64,000 nucleotides of DNA from Azolla caroliniana. Lineage: Eukaryota > Plantae > Polypodiophyta. The notes beneath the pieces were generated by a model, which had not been told where the DNA came from, ran no database searches, and saw only the letters and a program-made list of their open reading frames with translations. Shown one piece after another: positions 1 through 13,915 of this stretch; positions within the stretch are counted from its first letter, which is position 1, and every line of letters starts with the position of its first letter. The stretch spans positions 8,556,001-8,620,000 of the forward strand of contig JBHGNT010000002.1 of NCBI GenBank assembly GCA_043228905.1, written 5' to 3'. Position numbers and translations under genes: made by a program.

Positions 1-4
1 TTGC

Positions 5-874
5 ATGCGCCATCTATCAGACAATTTCAGAAAAGCTTTTAAAAGCACTCAACTATTGGGGATGTTGTGGAAAGCTACAAATGCAACTAATACTCAAGAC
101 TTTGATGTTATCATTGGAGAAATACGCACTCTAAATAGTAATGCAGCTAAATGGCTAATGACCACCGCCGACCCCTCACATTGGGCTACATGTAAGTTTT
201 CAGGGAAAAGGTTTGGACACTTGACATCTAACATTGTCGAGTCCCTAAATGCATGGTTGTTAGAGGCTAGAGCTATGCCTATTCTAGGGATGATGGAATT
301 GATACGCCAGAAGATAATGTCATGGTTTTATGAAAGGAGGGTTAATGGAGAAACTTCTAAAGCACGTATTGGATTGGTTAATAGAGAGATAACACATGAT
401 GCATTGGTTGGATATGCAGAGAAATTCATTAGAGAATCCATACAACGTGGAAGACTATACCGTATTTTGCCATCTACTAATGATGTTTTTGAGATCCATA
501 CTCCGAAACATGTTAGGATTGTTTATGTGGATAAGAAGATATGTACTTGTGGACAATGGCAGGATATGGGGTTACCTTGTGCACATGCAACGGTTGCTAT
601 TTTTTTTTGAAAAGAAAGAGTTCAATCTTTTGCACACAAGGCATATTTGTTGCAATCATATTGTGATACTTACAAGGAGCCAATATTTCCTCTTGTTGTT
701 ACGCATGGTAATATTGTTGGAGGCATGTTACCACCAGCCACACAAAGACCTCCTGGACGTCCAAAAACCAAACGTATACACACAATAGAAGAAGGCACAA
801 AGAAGAAAAAACATCGTTGTGGAAGGTGCCGTGGGAAAGGACACAATGCTCGCAATTGTAGGGCCCCAATTTAG
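5..874 (+). pseudogene. Mutator (MULE/MuDR) transposase, C-terminal part; frameshifted at the T-run near 600-608
   Basis: RHLSDNF and TSNIVESLN motifs of the MULE domain, SWIM finger CTCGQWQDMGLPCAHA (ORF 5-610), then PPATQRPPGRPK and a C-terminal CCHC knuckle CGRCRGKGHNARNC (ORF 647-874). Confidence 0.9.
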
Positions 875-1515
875 TGACGATTGTGCATTATTAGATATTT
901 TGTTGAGTCGATAGATATATTTGATTTTGTGGATATTTTTGGAATTACACTTTTTGTAGACGGATCAAAATTAACATGCAATTATTACATTTCGATAATT
1001 AATTTTGGTTTGCGAGTATTTTTTAATTTGATAAGATTGGGAAGATTTAGTTGTGATTGCATTTTGCTAACAAAATTTAGTGTATATCATGAAATTTGGT
1101 TTAAGATGGCATTTTAATAGCAAAGTGTTCTGTGAGATTTTGTTTGAAATGACATTATGGTAGCAAAGTTTTTTGTGAGATTTGGTTTAACATTTTGGCA
1201 GCAAATTATTTGTGAATCCACAAATTCATGGAATTTGGCTTCAAAATGGCATCGCAATGGTAAAATTTGGTGTGTGATCAATTGTTTTGGTTTTAAGATT
1301 ACATTTTGGTCACTTCAATCACAAATTTGGGTTTTATGGGATTAAGCCAGTATAACTTGGTGTTTAGTTTAAGGCGACCTTTCAATTGAAAATTTTGATA
1401 TATAATATAATTTTGATAATTTAGTTTGATTTATGATGTATTTTGAAAAATAAAACTGGAATAAATTGGTCAAAATAGGTATACAGTGGCATTATGGTAA
1501 ATAAGTTTAAGTTTA

Positions 1516-1668
1516 AGGGTATTTTGGTAAATAGGGCTTGTAGATTTGAGTGTATAATTACTTTATAAAGTGTATTTTCTTGGAGATAGGGGTAGTTTGG
1601 TAAATTTGGAACTTCCAGGGGCATTCTGGTAAATAGACAAACTTCCAGGGGTATCCTGGTCCTTTTCC
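1516..1668 (+). mobile_element. Probable 3' terminal inverted repeat of the MULE, with ~30-bp subterminal repeats
   Basis: Repeated GGGG(T/C)AnnTGGTAAAT..AACTTCCA units ending in TGGTCCTTTTCC at 1668; the reverse complement starts GGAAAAGG, as in MULE TIRs. The partner TIR is outside the window. Confidence 0.65.
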
Positions 1669-3272
1669 TTAGAAATATTCATAAATTATCTGTGGTCTTT
1701 GATACATGATATAATGGATTTTTCAAATGTATTGTATATAATTGTCTATCTACTTTAATGGAACTTGAAAAAATGAAATGAACGTTGGGTTTACTTTCCA
1801 TCTTTAATTTTTTTGAACCTTAGGTGTAAATGTAAACATTGTAATTTATAACGAATAAATTTTGTATAGAGAGATATTTAAATAATAAAAATATTCCATC
1901 AGGATATGAAGTCTACAATTGTTGTGTATGCTTACTAAAGTTTTGTGTTTGGGAAAGAAGTTGAAAGATTATTGAGGGTTCAAGAGAATACTACGAGAGA
2001 CAACGACAAACCTTTATTATAACAATAAACAACTAGTCTTATGTCCAAGCTGAATGAGGTGAGTGCTTCAATCAGAATTATCTCCATCAATTTTATGAGG
2101 TTACAAATGAATCCATGAAGATATTGGTGCAACAAATCCATGCCACATCATGTATTGATTTGTTTTAGAATATCAATGACAATCTTGCTAAGTGAAACAA
2201 CTTACCTTCATGAGTCTAATAATGTTATTTGGTCGCCAAAACCCCTTTCCCCTTCATAGAAATTAAAAGGTTTGGATTTTTATTTATGAATATTAATTTA
2301 ATTTAATTTATGTGTTCTTGCTTATGTTTTTTCATTGTCAATAACCAAAGAAGGGGTTGGCTATCTGGTAGATGTTCTAGCATTATTGAAATTTGAGATA
2401 ATGGTGCTTTTCTCATACTACATCAATTTGTAAATTCTTCATGAAGGTTTTTACTAAAGCCGTCTATAAGGTTTCTATCAAGCACAAGGCTCTATATGGA
2501 TTTTAATTTAGTCTTAAAGTTTTTGTATAGAAAAATGGAGTACTTTAGCCCAAAAACGTTTCCAAACATCATGGATTAGATCCCTTTATCCCTTTTCCAT
2601 TTCTCAATGCCTCTTTTTAAAAGAAAAAACTTATATTAATGCTATAACTTCATAATATACACTAATCACAAATAAACGAGGCAATAAGAAGCAAATACAT
2701 ATGGTTCAAGGTCACCCAGAATGTCAAAAACAGGATCATCATCATGACTTAAGCAAAGGACTCAAATTCACTACTCTTGTAAACTTACCATGGAGATACA
2801 AATAAGTTTATGGTTTTTGTAAAAGAAAAAACCCACATACCTTGCAAAATAATATTTTATATCATCAAGCACATGGAAGAATGCCACTTGGCTAACATGC
2901 TTAGCCTCAATATCAAATATAAGGATCTCCATGCACTAAAGATTTAGCATATATTCAAGAACTAAATGTCATTAAGAAGCTCTTTGTGACCTCGTTTTAG
3001 TTAATTGATGTTAGTTAGAAAAAATTTGTTTCAATCTCTCATTCCTCTTTCTTTCATGTACTTTTCAATAGGAATTTTGCATTCTAGCACACAACGGAAA
3101 TTGTTGTGTGAATGAATCCTCGTACTTACATAAAAGGATGTTATTGTAGTTGAAACATGATGTTGTAAAGATAATAAAAAATGTCTATGGATTCGTATCC
3201 TCCAGCTGAAATATTAGGTACAGGTATGCATCCAGATCCGCAGAATGAGGAGCAGATAGGTGGGGGCTGATC

Positions 3273-5022
3273 ATGGCACATTCCGAAATGATCACCGAGG
3301 CAGGCTTGGGCAATGTCTTCATAGTAAAGGAGAATAATGACAGTGGCCAGGTTCAAGAGAAGCAGGTGGAGGAGGGCATTGATGAAAGAAAAGGGATCGA
3401 CCTTTATCTTTCTCCGGCAGAGAATCGAAGATTGATGGAAGAAGTGGGCCGTTTAAAGTGTTCATCGTTCATTTGTCGGTTGTTAGGAGGACGACCAAGT
3501 AAAGGGATGCTAAGGGACATGTTGCAAGCAGCTCTTTTGGATAAAATGCCGCCTATCCAGAACATTTTGAGAATGGGCCTCAACTATTACCATGTGATCT
3601 TAGAAGGTCATAATGTGAAGGAGATTCAAGATCACAAATGGATTACACTCAAGTATGGCAAAGCCATGATTTTGGAATGGAGTCCAAACTTCGATGCAAA
3701 GGAAGAGAATAAAAAAGCAGGCACACCGATGGTCATTACAGTATGCTTCCCAGACCTACCTTTCCAACTCCACCATTTGATCCCAAAGCTCGCACACAAT
3801 ATAGGGGTGGTATGTACAACGAAACCTTCATTTGCAGATAAGGTAGCTGAAATGCCCAAGATGAAGGTGTTGGTTAGTGACATTAAAAAACTACCATCAG
3901 AGATTAGAGTCCACACGGAGGACTTTGGCCTAAGGGTGGTGAAGGTTAGTTATGAAGGCTTGCCGGGTCAATGCTTTGCATGTAAGGAGATGGGCCATAT
4001 GGCCAAACACTGCCCCTTGTATGGGAATGCAAGAGCGCATAGGGGACAGCAAGACAACAAGTTGCCGGATATCCCACATGCAGGGATGGCAGGCCACATG
4101 GTCATGGTTCACAATGGGAAGCAAGTAGTAAAGGAAAAAGGATGGATATCGCCGAGGAAAGTGGCCAAGCCTAGCCTCCACGGTCTTGCCTGCCCACCTA
4201 CAAGTGGAGGATCCATTTCGAATAGATTTGACATCCTTTCGCAAATGGAACCCCAGGAAGGCGAAATAATTTTAGCAACTCCATTTGAGTTACTACCTCG
4301 AGTCGAGACCCATGAAGCACTCGTAGAGCCCTCTGAGGGTCGTGACAGTAGATTTTCATCAGACTTGAGAGTGGTTAAGGCCTGGATCAGGAAAGGGAAG
4401 GACAAGGAAAGTGAAGTGGACGTCATGAATATTGAAGCAAAAAAAAATGATCGCACGGACTGAGGTTGGAAATCCCTCAACTGTGGGTGTGGAGTTTGTT
4501 ATGATGCAAGCATTGAGGATGCAAGATATGCAAGTACCCAAGGTTGTGGTGAACATTAGTAATCCAAGGGGAAGAGTGCACGGGTGGACTAGAGCACACA
4601 TGGTCCTCTTCAACAGCAACTCCGGCAGACCGGAGACTGGTTTTTCTTTTGACTTGGAACCTGATTTGAAAAATGAAAGAGGAGAAGACTCGTCCTTGAA
4701 GTCGTTTTGTAACAGGGCAGCATTATGTCTCCAGTACCTTACATTTGAAAATAAGGTTGTAGGGCTACAAACATTATGGACGAGCTCCCCGATACAAGGG
4801 GAGCTTATGGAACTTGCTCAAGATGTTCCAGTGGTTTGCATATGGAAGGTACAGGATCTAGGGCTGAAGCCTGGTTTGTTCCACTTCCATTGTGCTGAAC
4901 TGCCCAAGAATCAAGAATGGAAAATAAGTATGGAGTGGGAATTTATATGGCGTATGATAGAGACATATTTGTCGAGCATGGGAGATTCCCCCTTGGCTTT
5001 TTTTGTGAACCCAAGTCAATGA
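3273..5022 (+). pseudogene. LINE ORF1 (DUF4283-like region, CCHC zinc knuckle, ~190-aa C-terminal extension); split at the A9 run 4439-4447
   Basis: ORF 3273-4463 has the ILEWSPNF motif and VSYEGLPGQCFACKEMGHMAKHCP. ORF 4432-5022 continues in the +1 frame; removing one A fuses them (EAKK-MIARTEVG). Confidence 0.8.
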
Positions 5023-8000
5023 GAATTTGTTCCTGGAATGTGCAAGGACTTGGTGGATCTCAACGTCAGCTAGAGAAGCGTCGGTTTAGGAGAGAATGGG
5101 AAGCTGACGGCCTTTGTAAAACTATTGATATTTTGCTCTTACAAGAGCATCACCTTGGCCGAGAAAGAACGGAACTGTTCAAAGACCTGTTGCCAGGGGA
5201 TTAGTACACATGGTGGGCTCCTGCTCACGGCGTGTTAGAAAGGAGAGGTGGAGTGTGTATTTCGGTGAGGAAATCAGCGGATATCATCATCTTGGATCAT
5301 GGCATATTGATCGAAGGTAGGGCTATGTTCTGCTACTTGGAATGGAGGAATGTAAAATTTGGGGTGTTGAATGTCTACGCACCTAACATTAGCAATGAGA
5401 GGACCTCATTTTGGAGACTGTTGGCAAACAAAATTCCCTCCGTCGACAATTGGATAGTGGCAGGGGATTTTAACATGATAGAGAGAGTGGAAGATTGTCT
5501 TGGGGCTCATTCGAACTTGCTACATGGGGAGGAGCTTAGAGCGTGGGGTTTCTTAACTTCTATGTTGGGAATCCGGGACTCGTGGTATTCATCTATGGCA
5601 GTTGAGGTGAATTCCTTAAGGTTCTCACGATTTGGCTGGAAGGAGAGTGAAGGATGTCACTCTAGATTGGACCGCATCTATGTGAGCCCCGGGATAGAGG
5701 AATGGAGTGGCTTCTCATCCATTCTTGTTGGTTTTACTTATTCGGATCACCTTCCAGTATCCTTGACTCTTGAACCTATTTATAAGAAGAAGAGTGAGAG
5801 CAATGTGAGGATTCCTCCGAAGATTTTCGGTATCCAGAAGGTTAAGGATGCAATGAATACCATTTGGACGGCATCCCCATCAGCCCACGACCCGATACAG
5901 TTACTGGAGGAAAAGATTATTAATTCTTCTTTGTTTCTTCAGAAAGTGGCTAGGGAGGAGCTGTTAAGGTGTCAATACCGTCTGCAATGCCTAAGGAAAG
6001 CAGTCATCTCAGCTCAAAAGCTCACGCAAGTGGACCCATGTTGTGCTTGGGCGAAAGACAGGCTACAGGAGGCCACTAGGTTGCTGCAGGAGGTTAGACA
6101 GCAACGTGAGCAATTCCTCTTCAGAAAGTCAGCAGCATGGTGGGCTGTCAAGGGAGATAAAGTTAACAGGGAATTTTTTCTTGCCAAGACTCCAAAACGG
6201 AGAGGAACACATATTCATAGTCTCAAACGGGAGGATGATTCAATGACATTTGATCAAGAGGAAATCTTGCAAATGGCGACTAATTACTACAGAGACCTTT
6301 TAGCTCCTACGTTGACAAACGACCGTCCAAGTAACCTGATGCATGGTGTAATTACATGCTTGAAAACCAGGATTGGAGAGGCAGCTAAAGCGCAGTTGTC
6401 AAAAGCCATAGAGGAGGAAGAGATTGTAGCGGGGCTAGATAAGATACAGAGTATGGCTTGTCCTGCTGCTGACGGTCTTCCCAAAGCCTTCTTCAAGGAG
6501 TTTTGGGAGCAAATTTTTCCAAGCTTGAAAGCTGGACTGCAAGAGATGTGGAGAACGGGACGGATGCCGAGTAGCTTCAATGAAGGCTTGATCTACTTGA
6601 TTCCAAAATCGGAGACTGCGCTGCACGAGATTAAGCAATGGAGGCCCATTACAATTTTAAACCTAATTTATAAAAATTTTGCTAAAATATTAGTGCAGAG
6701 AATCAAGCCCTTCCTAGGCGATATCATCCAATCCAATCAAATTGGTTTCATGGAGCATCGTTCTATTATGGACAACGTGATTTTGTTTTGGGAGGCTGTT
6801 GCAACAGCAAAGGTGACCAATCAAAACTTAGCCTGTCTGATGCTCAACTTCGAGAAAGCCTATGATTGAGTGCAATGGTCTTTCTTGGAAGAAGTGATGA
6901 AGATCATTGAGCTACCATTAGAATGGAGGTGTGCTGCCCAAGCCTTATATAGGAATGGCTCGAGTAAGGTGCTGATTGCAGGGAGGAAAGGAGCTCAAAT
7001 CATTCTTACTCGATCCATCAGGCAGGGTTGTCCTCTTACCCCCTTTCTTTTCCTTTTTATTACTGAAGCAATGTCTGCCCTTTTTAATAGCCAAGGGGCA
7101 AATCTTCATGGTCTTTCGATCCCTAACGCAAGGAAGTCCCTGCTGGATTCGGAGTTCGCGGACGATACGATGCTATACCTCCAAGGAAATGAAGCAAATC
7201 TTGAGAGGGCACAGAGTGTTATTGAGCTCTTTTGCAAGGCATCGGGAGCGTCCATTAATTGGAAGAAGTCCAAGGGTTTTTGGATCAGCTTGGAGCCCGA
7301 GCCTGTTTGGAAGCCAAATGCTGAATTCAAATGGATTGCAAACGGGGAAGCCACTAGGTATCTGGGAACGTGGATTGGGGTAGATATCGACAAGGGAATT
7401 CAGCTGCAACATATTCAAAGCAAAATCTGTGACAAAATTCACAATTGGTCAGGGATGAACTTATCATTGGCTGGCAGGATCATAGTAGCTAACCATGTGC
7501 TTTTGTCTACATTATGGCATGCAGTTTCAGTGTGGATGTTTGACAAGCAAGCTATTCGTACTGTTAAAGCGTGTATTAGGGGATTTCTTTGGGCTGGGAT
7601 GAGGAAAGACAATGCGGCAGCCAAAGTATCATGGTCTACATTGATTCTTCCCAAGAGTAAGGGGGGTTTAGGATTGGTTGACCCTGGATTGCAGAGTCGG
7701 GCATTGTTATGTAAGATATTGGTAAGAAGCTTGCTACCCGGTGATGAGTTATGGAAAACATTGATACATAATAGGAGCATTCTATGAAGTCCAAGACTGG
7801 GTGGGCAATGGAAGTCACACAAAGCGTGGCCTTTTTGCATGGACTTAAAATTGAGGAAATCTAACTGATTGGCTGATCGTACTTGTATTTCAGTGATGCA
7901 GGCGTGGAGTATGCTTCGTGGGCATCTAAGTCGGAATCGTCCCAGTACTAGTGCTGAATGGATGCGCCAACCCCTATTGTGGAACAAGACCGTGCAATCG

Positions 8001-9293
8001 CTAGAAGGAATGATGCTTGGGCAAAGCAAGCGCATGCCGTGGGCTATATTGCATTGTCTAGGGATACACTCGGTGGCTGATTGGCTGCGGTTGTCCGGCA
8101 ATAATCGTGATCAATTATATGAAGACATGGGAAAGGTCAGAAATGGCAGAAAGATGCTTGACGTAGTCAATACAGCTGTCTCCTCGCTTCCTATTGGTAA
8201 TGAGGAAGAGGGTGAATGGTCCGGACAATGTGATGGTACCGGAAATATTATCAATGTCAGGGGTCTAGGAAAGAGTGGGAAGACCGTCTTGATGGGATTA
8301 TTAGATGAAAGTGCAGGTTGGTACCCTATTAGAATTGTGGCAAGACACAGAAAGAAATGGAAGGTGAATCCACCAGTCGAAGAGGTCGAGGAGGATTGGA
8401 TCTTGTACGTGGTTGAAGGCAAGCCTCTCGAGCACGTAGAATGGGATCCCGCTGAATATAGGTGGAAGGGAGAACAAGCTAAATCACTAGGTTTCTTCGA
8501 ATACTCGACGCGCTTGGGGAGAAAGTTAGGTTCGTATCGTGAGAAATGTGCCAACAAGTGGACCCATGTAGCTATTGATTCAGTCTTTGTGGATAGAACC
8601 AGGAGCAGGATATGGAACTCATCCCTTCCCGAGTGGATCAAAGTGTTTTTCTGGTTAATCACCCATCGGGCTGTTCCAACGGGAGAGTGGCTTGGGAATA
8701 GAGGCGACATGAGTGGTTGCAAGGCATGTAGTGCGAGCTTGGAGGACATCGCTCATTGTTTGTGGTGCTGCCCACGAGCGCAAGAAATCTGGCTGAGGAG
8801 CTTAAGAATCTTGGCTCGTTTTGGGGTTGAGGTTCATGTATCGAGCGCAACAATCACTTGGCTGGCCACTGAATCGGCCTCGTGGTTTCAAGGGTGGAAT
8901 GGAAACAATCCTTCTTTAATGGTGAAGCAAGGATCTGTGTAACCAGCAACGCAAGGAGGTTTATTCTTCTTACAGGAACGCTACGTGGACATATGGGTAT
9001 TAGTGGTCGGCCTTACGGTTTGGCAAGTGTGGGTATCTCGGTGCAAGGAGACCCTCGCAGGTAAACGAACCCCACCGGCTAAGAATTTAATGATGATCTG
9101 GTTTAATCTTATTTCTACGTTGCGAGGTGAGTTTGAAAGTCTTCAAGGGTCGTTTGATGCAAGTGAAGAAGCTAGAGCTCGATTCCTTCGGAAATGAAGC
9201 GGTTCGCCGATGCTGCAGATACTGGATGGTAAAGTGAAGTGGAATTATCAACCACCGCGGTGGCTGTTCCCTCCAAGTGTTCCTAACATCTAG
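5019..9293 (+). pseudogene. LINE ORF2: APE endonuclease, reverse transcriptase and zf-RVT, with premature stops and frameshifts
   Basis: MRICSWNVQGL, LLLQEHH, AGDFN, SRLDRIY and SDH (APE); WRPITILN, FEKAYD, RQGCPL and FADD (RT); CKAC..DIAHCLWCC; ends WNYQPPRWLFPPSVPNI-stop at 9293. Confidence 0.92.
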
Positions 9294-9569
9294 ATGGGTG
9301 CTGCCATGAGGATCAAATGGAGGACATCTATGCTGAATTCTGTTTTCTATGAGGCTCACGTGGAGAATATGTGTTCGAGTAATGCTATACACATAGAATG
9401 ATGTGGTGTTTTGGAGTTGTTTTTTTATGTTGCCTCATCTTCACATTGTTTTCCTTTGACATGCAAGATGTCTTGTAAGATATGAGTTATAAATGATTCC
9501 TTTGTACATTCTTAACTAATGGAAGTAGATGTTTTTTTTGGAATAAAAAATAAAAAATAAAAAATGTCT

Positions 9570-10600
9570 ATGTATGTATGTTTATGCTAGTATATATGTA
9601 CATATGTATGCATACCTTATTTACATGAGAAATATGGGTGGTTATCTACAAAGGAGGAGAGAACATTTGAAATTAAAGATAAGAAAAGAGGGATTTTGAA
9701 TTCATTTCTTCCTATAATTTTCTTCTTATAAGTGTGCCATTATGTATGTATGTATACATTATTTAATATTTATATGAGGGAGGGGAAAAAAATAAATATT
9801 TTGTTTGGATGGATTGAGGACAATATCATATTCAAGCGATGACCATCTACTATATAGAGGAGAAGACGTTTGACATTTAAGAATAAGAAAAATGGGATTT
9901 TCAATTGGCTTCTTCCTATAATTTTCTTTTAGAAATGTGATGCCATGTATTCATGTATTTATGTACATGTTTTACCTCATTTATATGATATATATATATG
10001 TGTGTGTGTGTGTGTAGGAAAGAGTGTGGGATTAACAATCGGCAAAGGTTTGGTTTAGGGTTTAGGGTTGACAGAACCGCAAAACCGCAACTTAACGGCT
10101 AAAACGGTTTGGTTCGGTTCAGGTTTTTTTAAACGGTTCGGCGGTTCGGTTTCAACAATTAGAAACCGTGGTTTAAACGATTTAACGGTTATTTTATTTT
10201 ATTTATTTAAAAAAAAATTACAATTTTAAAAAATTGTTTTCAAGCCTTATTCTCACATTTTAGGAAAATCTTTAAAATTTACAATAATGAAATATTTTAA
10301 ATTTTTAAAATTTGAATTTTGACCTAAGTTGAAAACAGAAACTGAACCACGAAATCACGGTTTGAACGGTTTGATTTTTTTTTAACGGTTTCGTGGTTCG
10401 ATTCGGCTCAAGTTTCAAAAATTTTAAACGGTTTAGTTTCAAACCAATTCGGTTTTGACACTCTCAAACCGAATCGTTGCCGATTGCTAGGTGGGATTGT
10501 GCTCAAGCTTTGATCATCTACAAAGGAGGAACCAATAGCTTGATTTTTCAAGACAAGAATAAAAAAGGGGATTTTGGATCTTGCTTTCTTATAATGTTTC
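9570..10600 (+). repeat. Three degenerate copies of a ~200-bp tandem unit; the third is interrupted by the MITE
   Basis: The core ATCTAC..AGGAG..TTGA..TAAGAA..GGGATTTT..CTTCCTATAATTTT recurs near 9643, 9845 and 10517. Confidence 0.65.
10033..10489. mobile_element. Non-autonomous hAT-type element (MITE)
   Basis: TIRs TAACAATCGGCAAAGGTTTGGTTT and AAACCGAATCGTTGCCGATTGCTA; 8-bp TSD TGTGGGAT/GGTGGGAT (7/8 match); many internal AACCG/CGGTT subterminal motifs. Confidence 0.8.
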
Positions 10601-12291
10601 TCGAAATTTAAAAAACCATCGCATAGAAGATTGGGTATTATAGTGTGACATTTAGCATTGTGCTCTAGTCTTGAAACTACATTTATCGTTGCATGTTTGT
10701 TATGATATTTAGCCTCACATTTTTAGTTAAAAAGGGTCTGATTCTTTTTTCTCCCACGAAAACATAAATATGGTCGAGAGACTATAAGTATTGTGTAGAG
10801 TAGAAAAATATATATATTTTAAGAAAACATTGGATGACGTTAGATGATAGAGACCATCGTTCATGTGACCAACAAATAAAATTTTTAAGCTAAAGAACAA
10901 GAGTGAGTCATCATGTGGTGTATTAAAGCCACTTGAGGGATACACATCTATAAGCATATTATGATTCTCGTTATTCTCATATTCATGATCAAACAATATA
11001 ATTTTGTACTATGCTCTGTCTTTGTATTTGTCTTGAATCTCTACATACGAACATTTTGGTTTAATTGGTGTAAAGATATCAATTCGTTTGTTCTAGGAAA
11101 CATTTAGTTGTTCGTTCAAGAAATCTTCCTTTTTACGATCAAGCTACCAAGTTCTTTCCTAGTCTCTTAGACAATATACCTTTCCTAGAGCTTTCGTTAG
11201 CTCCTTACCCAATCCCCCGATAGGTAGGCAATTGCCCCCTCCCCACCCCAATGGTATTCCCTCCCACAATAGCCAATGATAGTCTTGAACCCCATATGAA
11301 TCACCATCATCTCATCCCCAATATCATGATCTAATCTATGAGCAACATTCAATGAATTGAGATAACAACCTCTACCAACACTTGGGGTTTCATCAATGTT
11401 TACGTAGTGATATAAACTAATTAAATAATCATAGGTACACTCATAAATGCCCTATTAGTCAACGTGACCAAGGTTACACCTACACCGCACCATCTCCACT
11501 CATAAATTCCCTATGAGTCAACATGTCCAAGGTTACATCTCTACCACACCATGAGAAAGGAGAGTGAATACACCCAACTCTACACTTAAAAATGTCACTT
11601 GATGTTGAGAATCAAACTCAACTTAACCTAGTGTGGGAACACACCCTGAGAATATGTGAAGTGTGTGAACACACCACCACTATGTAACATAACTAATGTG
11701 TCATAGGAGTTGCATTCTATTGCACATAGTTATTAAGGTAGTTAAGGTTTCCCCCCCTTCCTCGAGAGGGCGTTGTAGTAAGAGAATGTAGAGAGAAGGC
11801 GACTATATAAGCACCTCCCTCTCTCCTTTGTAATTGTGTTGGTTGGCATTCTTGAGAATATACAGTTTTTTGTTTTTTTGTCTATCTTGTGTCTATTCTC
11901 TCTTCTCTCATACAAACACATACATTTCGCATCAAATAATCACAGAACTAATTATTTACATAGTATCAGAGTGAGGTTGGTAGTCTGATCTAGCCCATCC
12001 ACCTGTGTTACATTATACGCCGACGTTCAAGAAGAACTAGCTCATCTGAGAAAGAAGAAGAAGAAAATGAATACTCAAATAGGCAACTCTCCCCCTAGTG
12101 AAAAGTTGGACTGAAACAACTTTGCATCTTGGGAATACAAGATACACCAATACCTTGTCGACCAAGGCTATTGGAGCTATATTGAAGGAACACAAGAAAC
12201 AAAACCCAACCCAACACACGCCAACTACCCAACTGTTGAATACAGGTCTCTAATGGACGTATTCACACTGTCTTCTTTTTTTAGCACACTA

Positions 12292-12570
12292 TGTTGGGAA
12301 CTCGAGGTTCCTTATGTCCGACGCTCGGCCACAACCGAGATTCTTTTCACACACAGAAAAAAAACAGGTAATGAAACGCGACACAAAAGAGGAGAAATGG
12401 TACACAGGAGGTATACGTGGAAAACCCCGAAATAGGGGAAAAACCACGGCAGCCCACAAGCTGCAAACTGTCACTATGCAGAAACATACAACAGTGAGAT
12501 CACAGAGGCAACGACCTCGTGCTCTCAGATCTTCGCCACAGGCGGCGGTTACAACAGAGGCTACGACCTC

Positions 12571-12621
<51 letters not shown>

Positions 12622-13037
12622 GAGTTACGCGCTCTAATTTCTTCTTTCGCCAACAACAACGAATAATCACAAAAAACGACAACAACACACAACTAAAAGT
12701 TTGCCCTAAGTCATATTTATACTAATATGACTTTTCGGCTATTTACAAATGTAGCCTCGATGGGCTCCATCCGGCTCTCCGCAGTCGGGTACTCTTCATC
12801 CGGCTCTCCGCAGTCGGGTACTCCTCATCTGGTTCATACCGGGCCTACACCATCCGACTCTTCGCAGTCAGGTACTCCTCATCCGGTTCATACCGGGCCT
12901 ACACCATCCGACTCTCCGCAGTCGGGTTCTCCCCATCCGGTTCATACCGTTTCGGCCTCGGCCTGTCGGCCTCGGCCGAGTTTGTTCGTCGGCACTGTTC
13001 TTCTCACTTCCCATCCGGAGGGACCTGTCTACCAACA
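12292..13037 (-). mobile_element. Solo LTR (746 bp) inserted in the 5' LTR of copia B
   Basis: TGTTGG...CCAACA ends; TSD CACTA at 12287-12291 and 13038-13042; absent from the 3' LTR of B; the minus strand carries the plant LTR motif CCGTGGTTTTTCCCC..GGGGTTTTCCACG; internal (CT)n and ~60-bp tandem repeats at 12769-12950. Confidence 0.9.
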
Positions 13038-13915
13038 CACTAGACTTAGTCTATTTATGTAAATAGTGAGAAGGGCAGTTGCCCTAAGTTAGTCAGTATA
13101 TAAACTGACTTTGTAACCCAGTTACAGGTAGGTTGCTCATTTTGTAAAAGTTGTAATAAACTTCATTGACATTGTGCCTATCTGTCTCTGACTCTCTCTC
13201 TTATGTACTAGTTGTTTTATTTTCTGTCTTTGTTGCCATCAAAGCTATGATCTTGCATCCATTTACGATCTTATCCTAGAAGAGTTTTGATCTTGTTCCA
13301 CATTAGAAGACGATATTCCCAACATTTGGTATCAGAGCGAAGGTTTGTTTGATTCCACTATCGCCTTCTATCTGGTCTCCATCGACAACTCTCGTTTGTG
13401 TATCTTGAAGATCTTAGCTGATCTCAATAGCTAACCTACAACAAGATTGTTCTTTGCAAAGAGAAACGTGAAAAAGTCAGCACTCCATTGTTCTAGATCA
13501 CTATTGGTTCTGTGATCGTAGCCGCTCGGAGTGAGACTTCTATCTCGACTAGGAAAATTCGTTGCTTTGCTCGACTAGGCGGAATCAAATAGGTCATCTG
13601 TTGCTATTCTCCTAATCGTCGTAGTCACCTGAAGCAAACACGACTCCAAGGGGCAACCCCAATCTGTGTTTCATTCGACTGAATGACATTCGGGAGGACC
13701 AGTCAGATCTGTCCCTCTCATCGTTGCAGTTAACCGAAACAGGATCAGCCTAGAGTATTGCACATAATCCGTGTTGGAAAATCTCGGAAAATTGATATTC
13801 GTAATTGACACGACTTGTGTTCGACTTCGGCTAGAACGACGCCAAGTGAGCCAGGCTACTGCACTCCACCACAATTCATAGCTAACTTCGGACAAAGTCT
13901 ATTATACCAACGAAG

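Larger units (their letters stand above)
3190..9555 (+). mobile_element. Full-length L1-clade LINE retrotransposon (decayed)
   Basis: Perfect 17-bp TSD AATAAAAAATGTCTATG at 3173-3189 and 9556-9572, a (TAAAAAA)n tail, and ORF1 plus ORF2 in between. Confidence 0.95.

Noticed and set aside
1700-3170. AT-rich spacer that might hide a gene or TE
   Set aside because: No ORF, terminal repeat or recognisable motif.
12314-13062. ORFs with SLSLSL and GPTPSDS repeats
   Set aside because: Artefacts of the microsatellite and tandem repeats inside a solo LTR.
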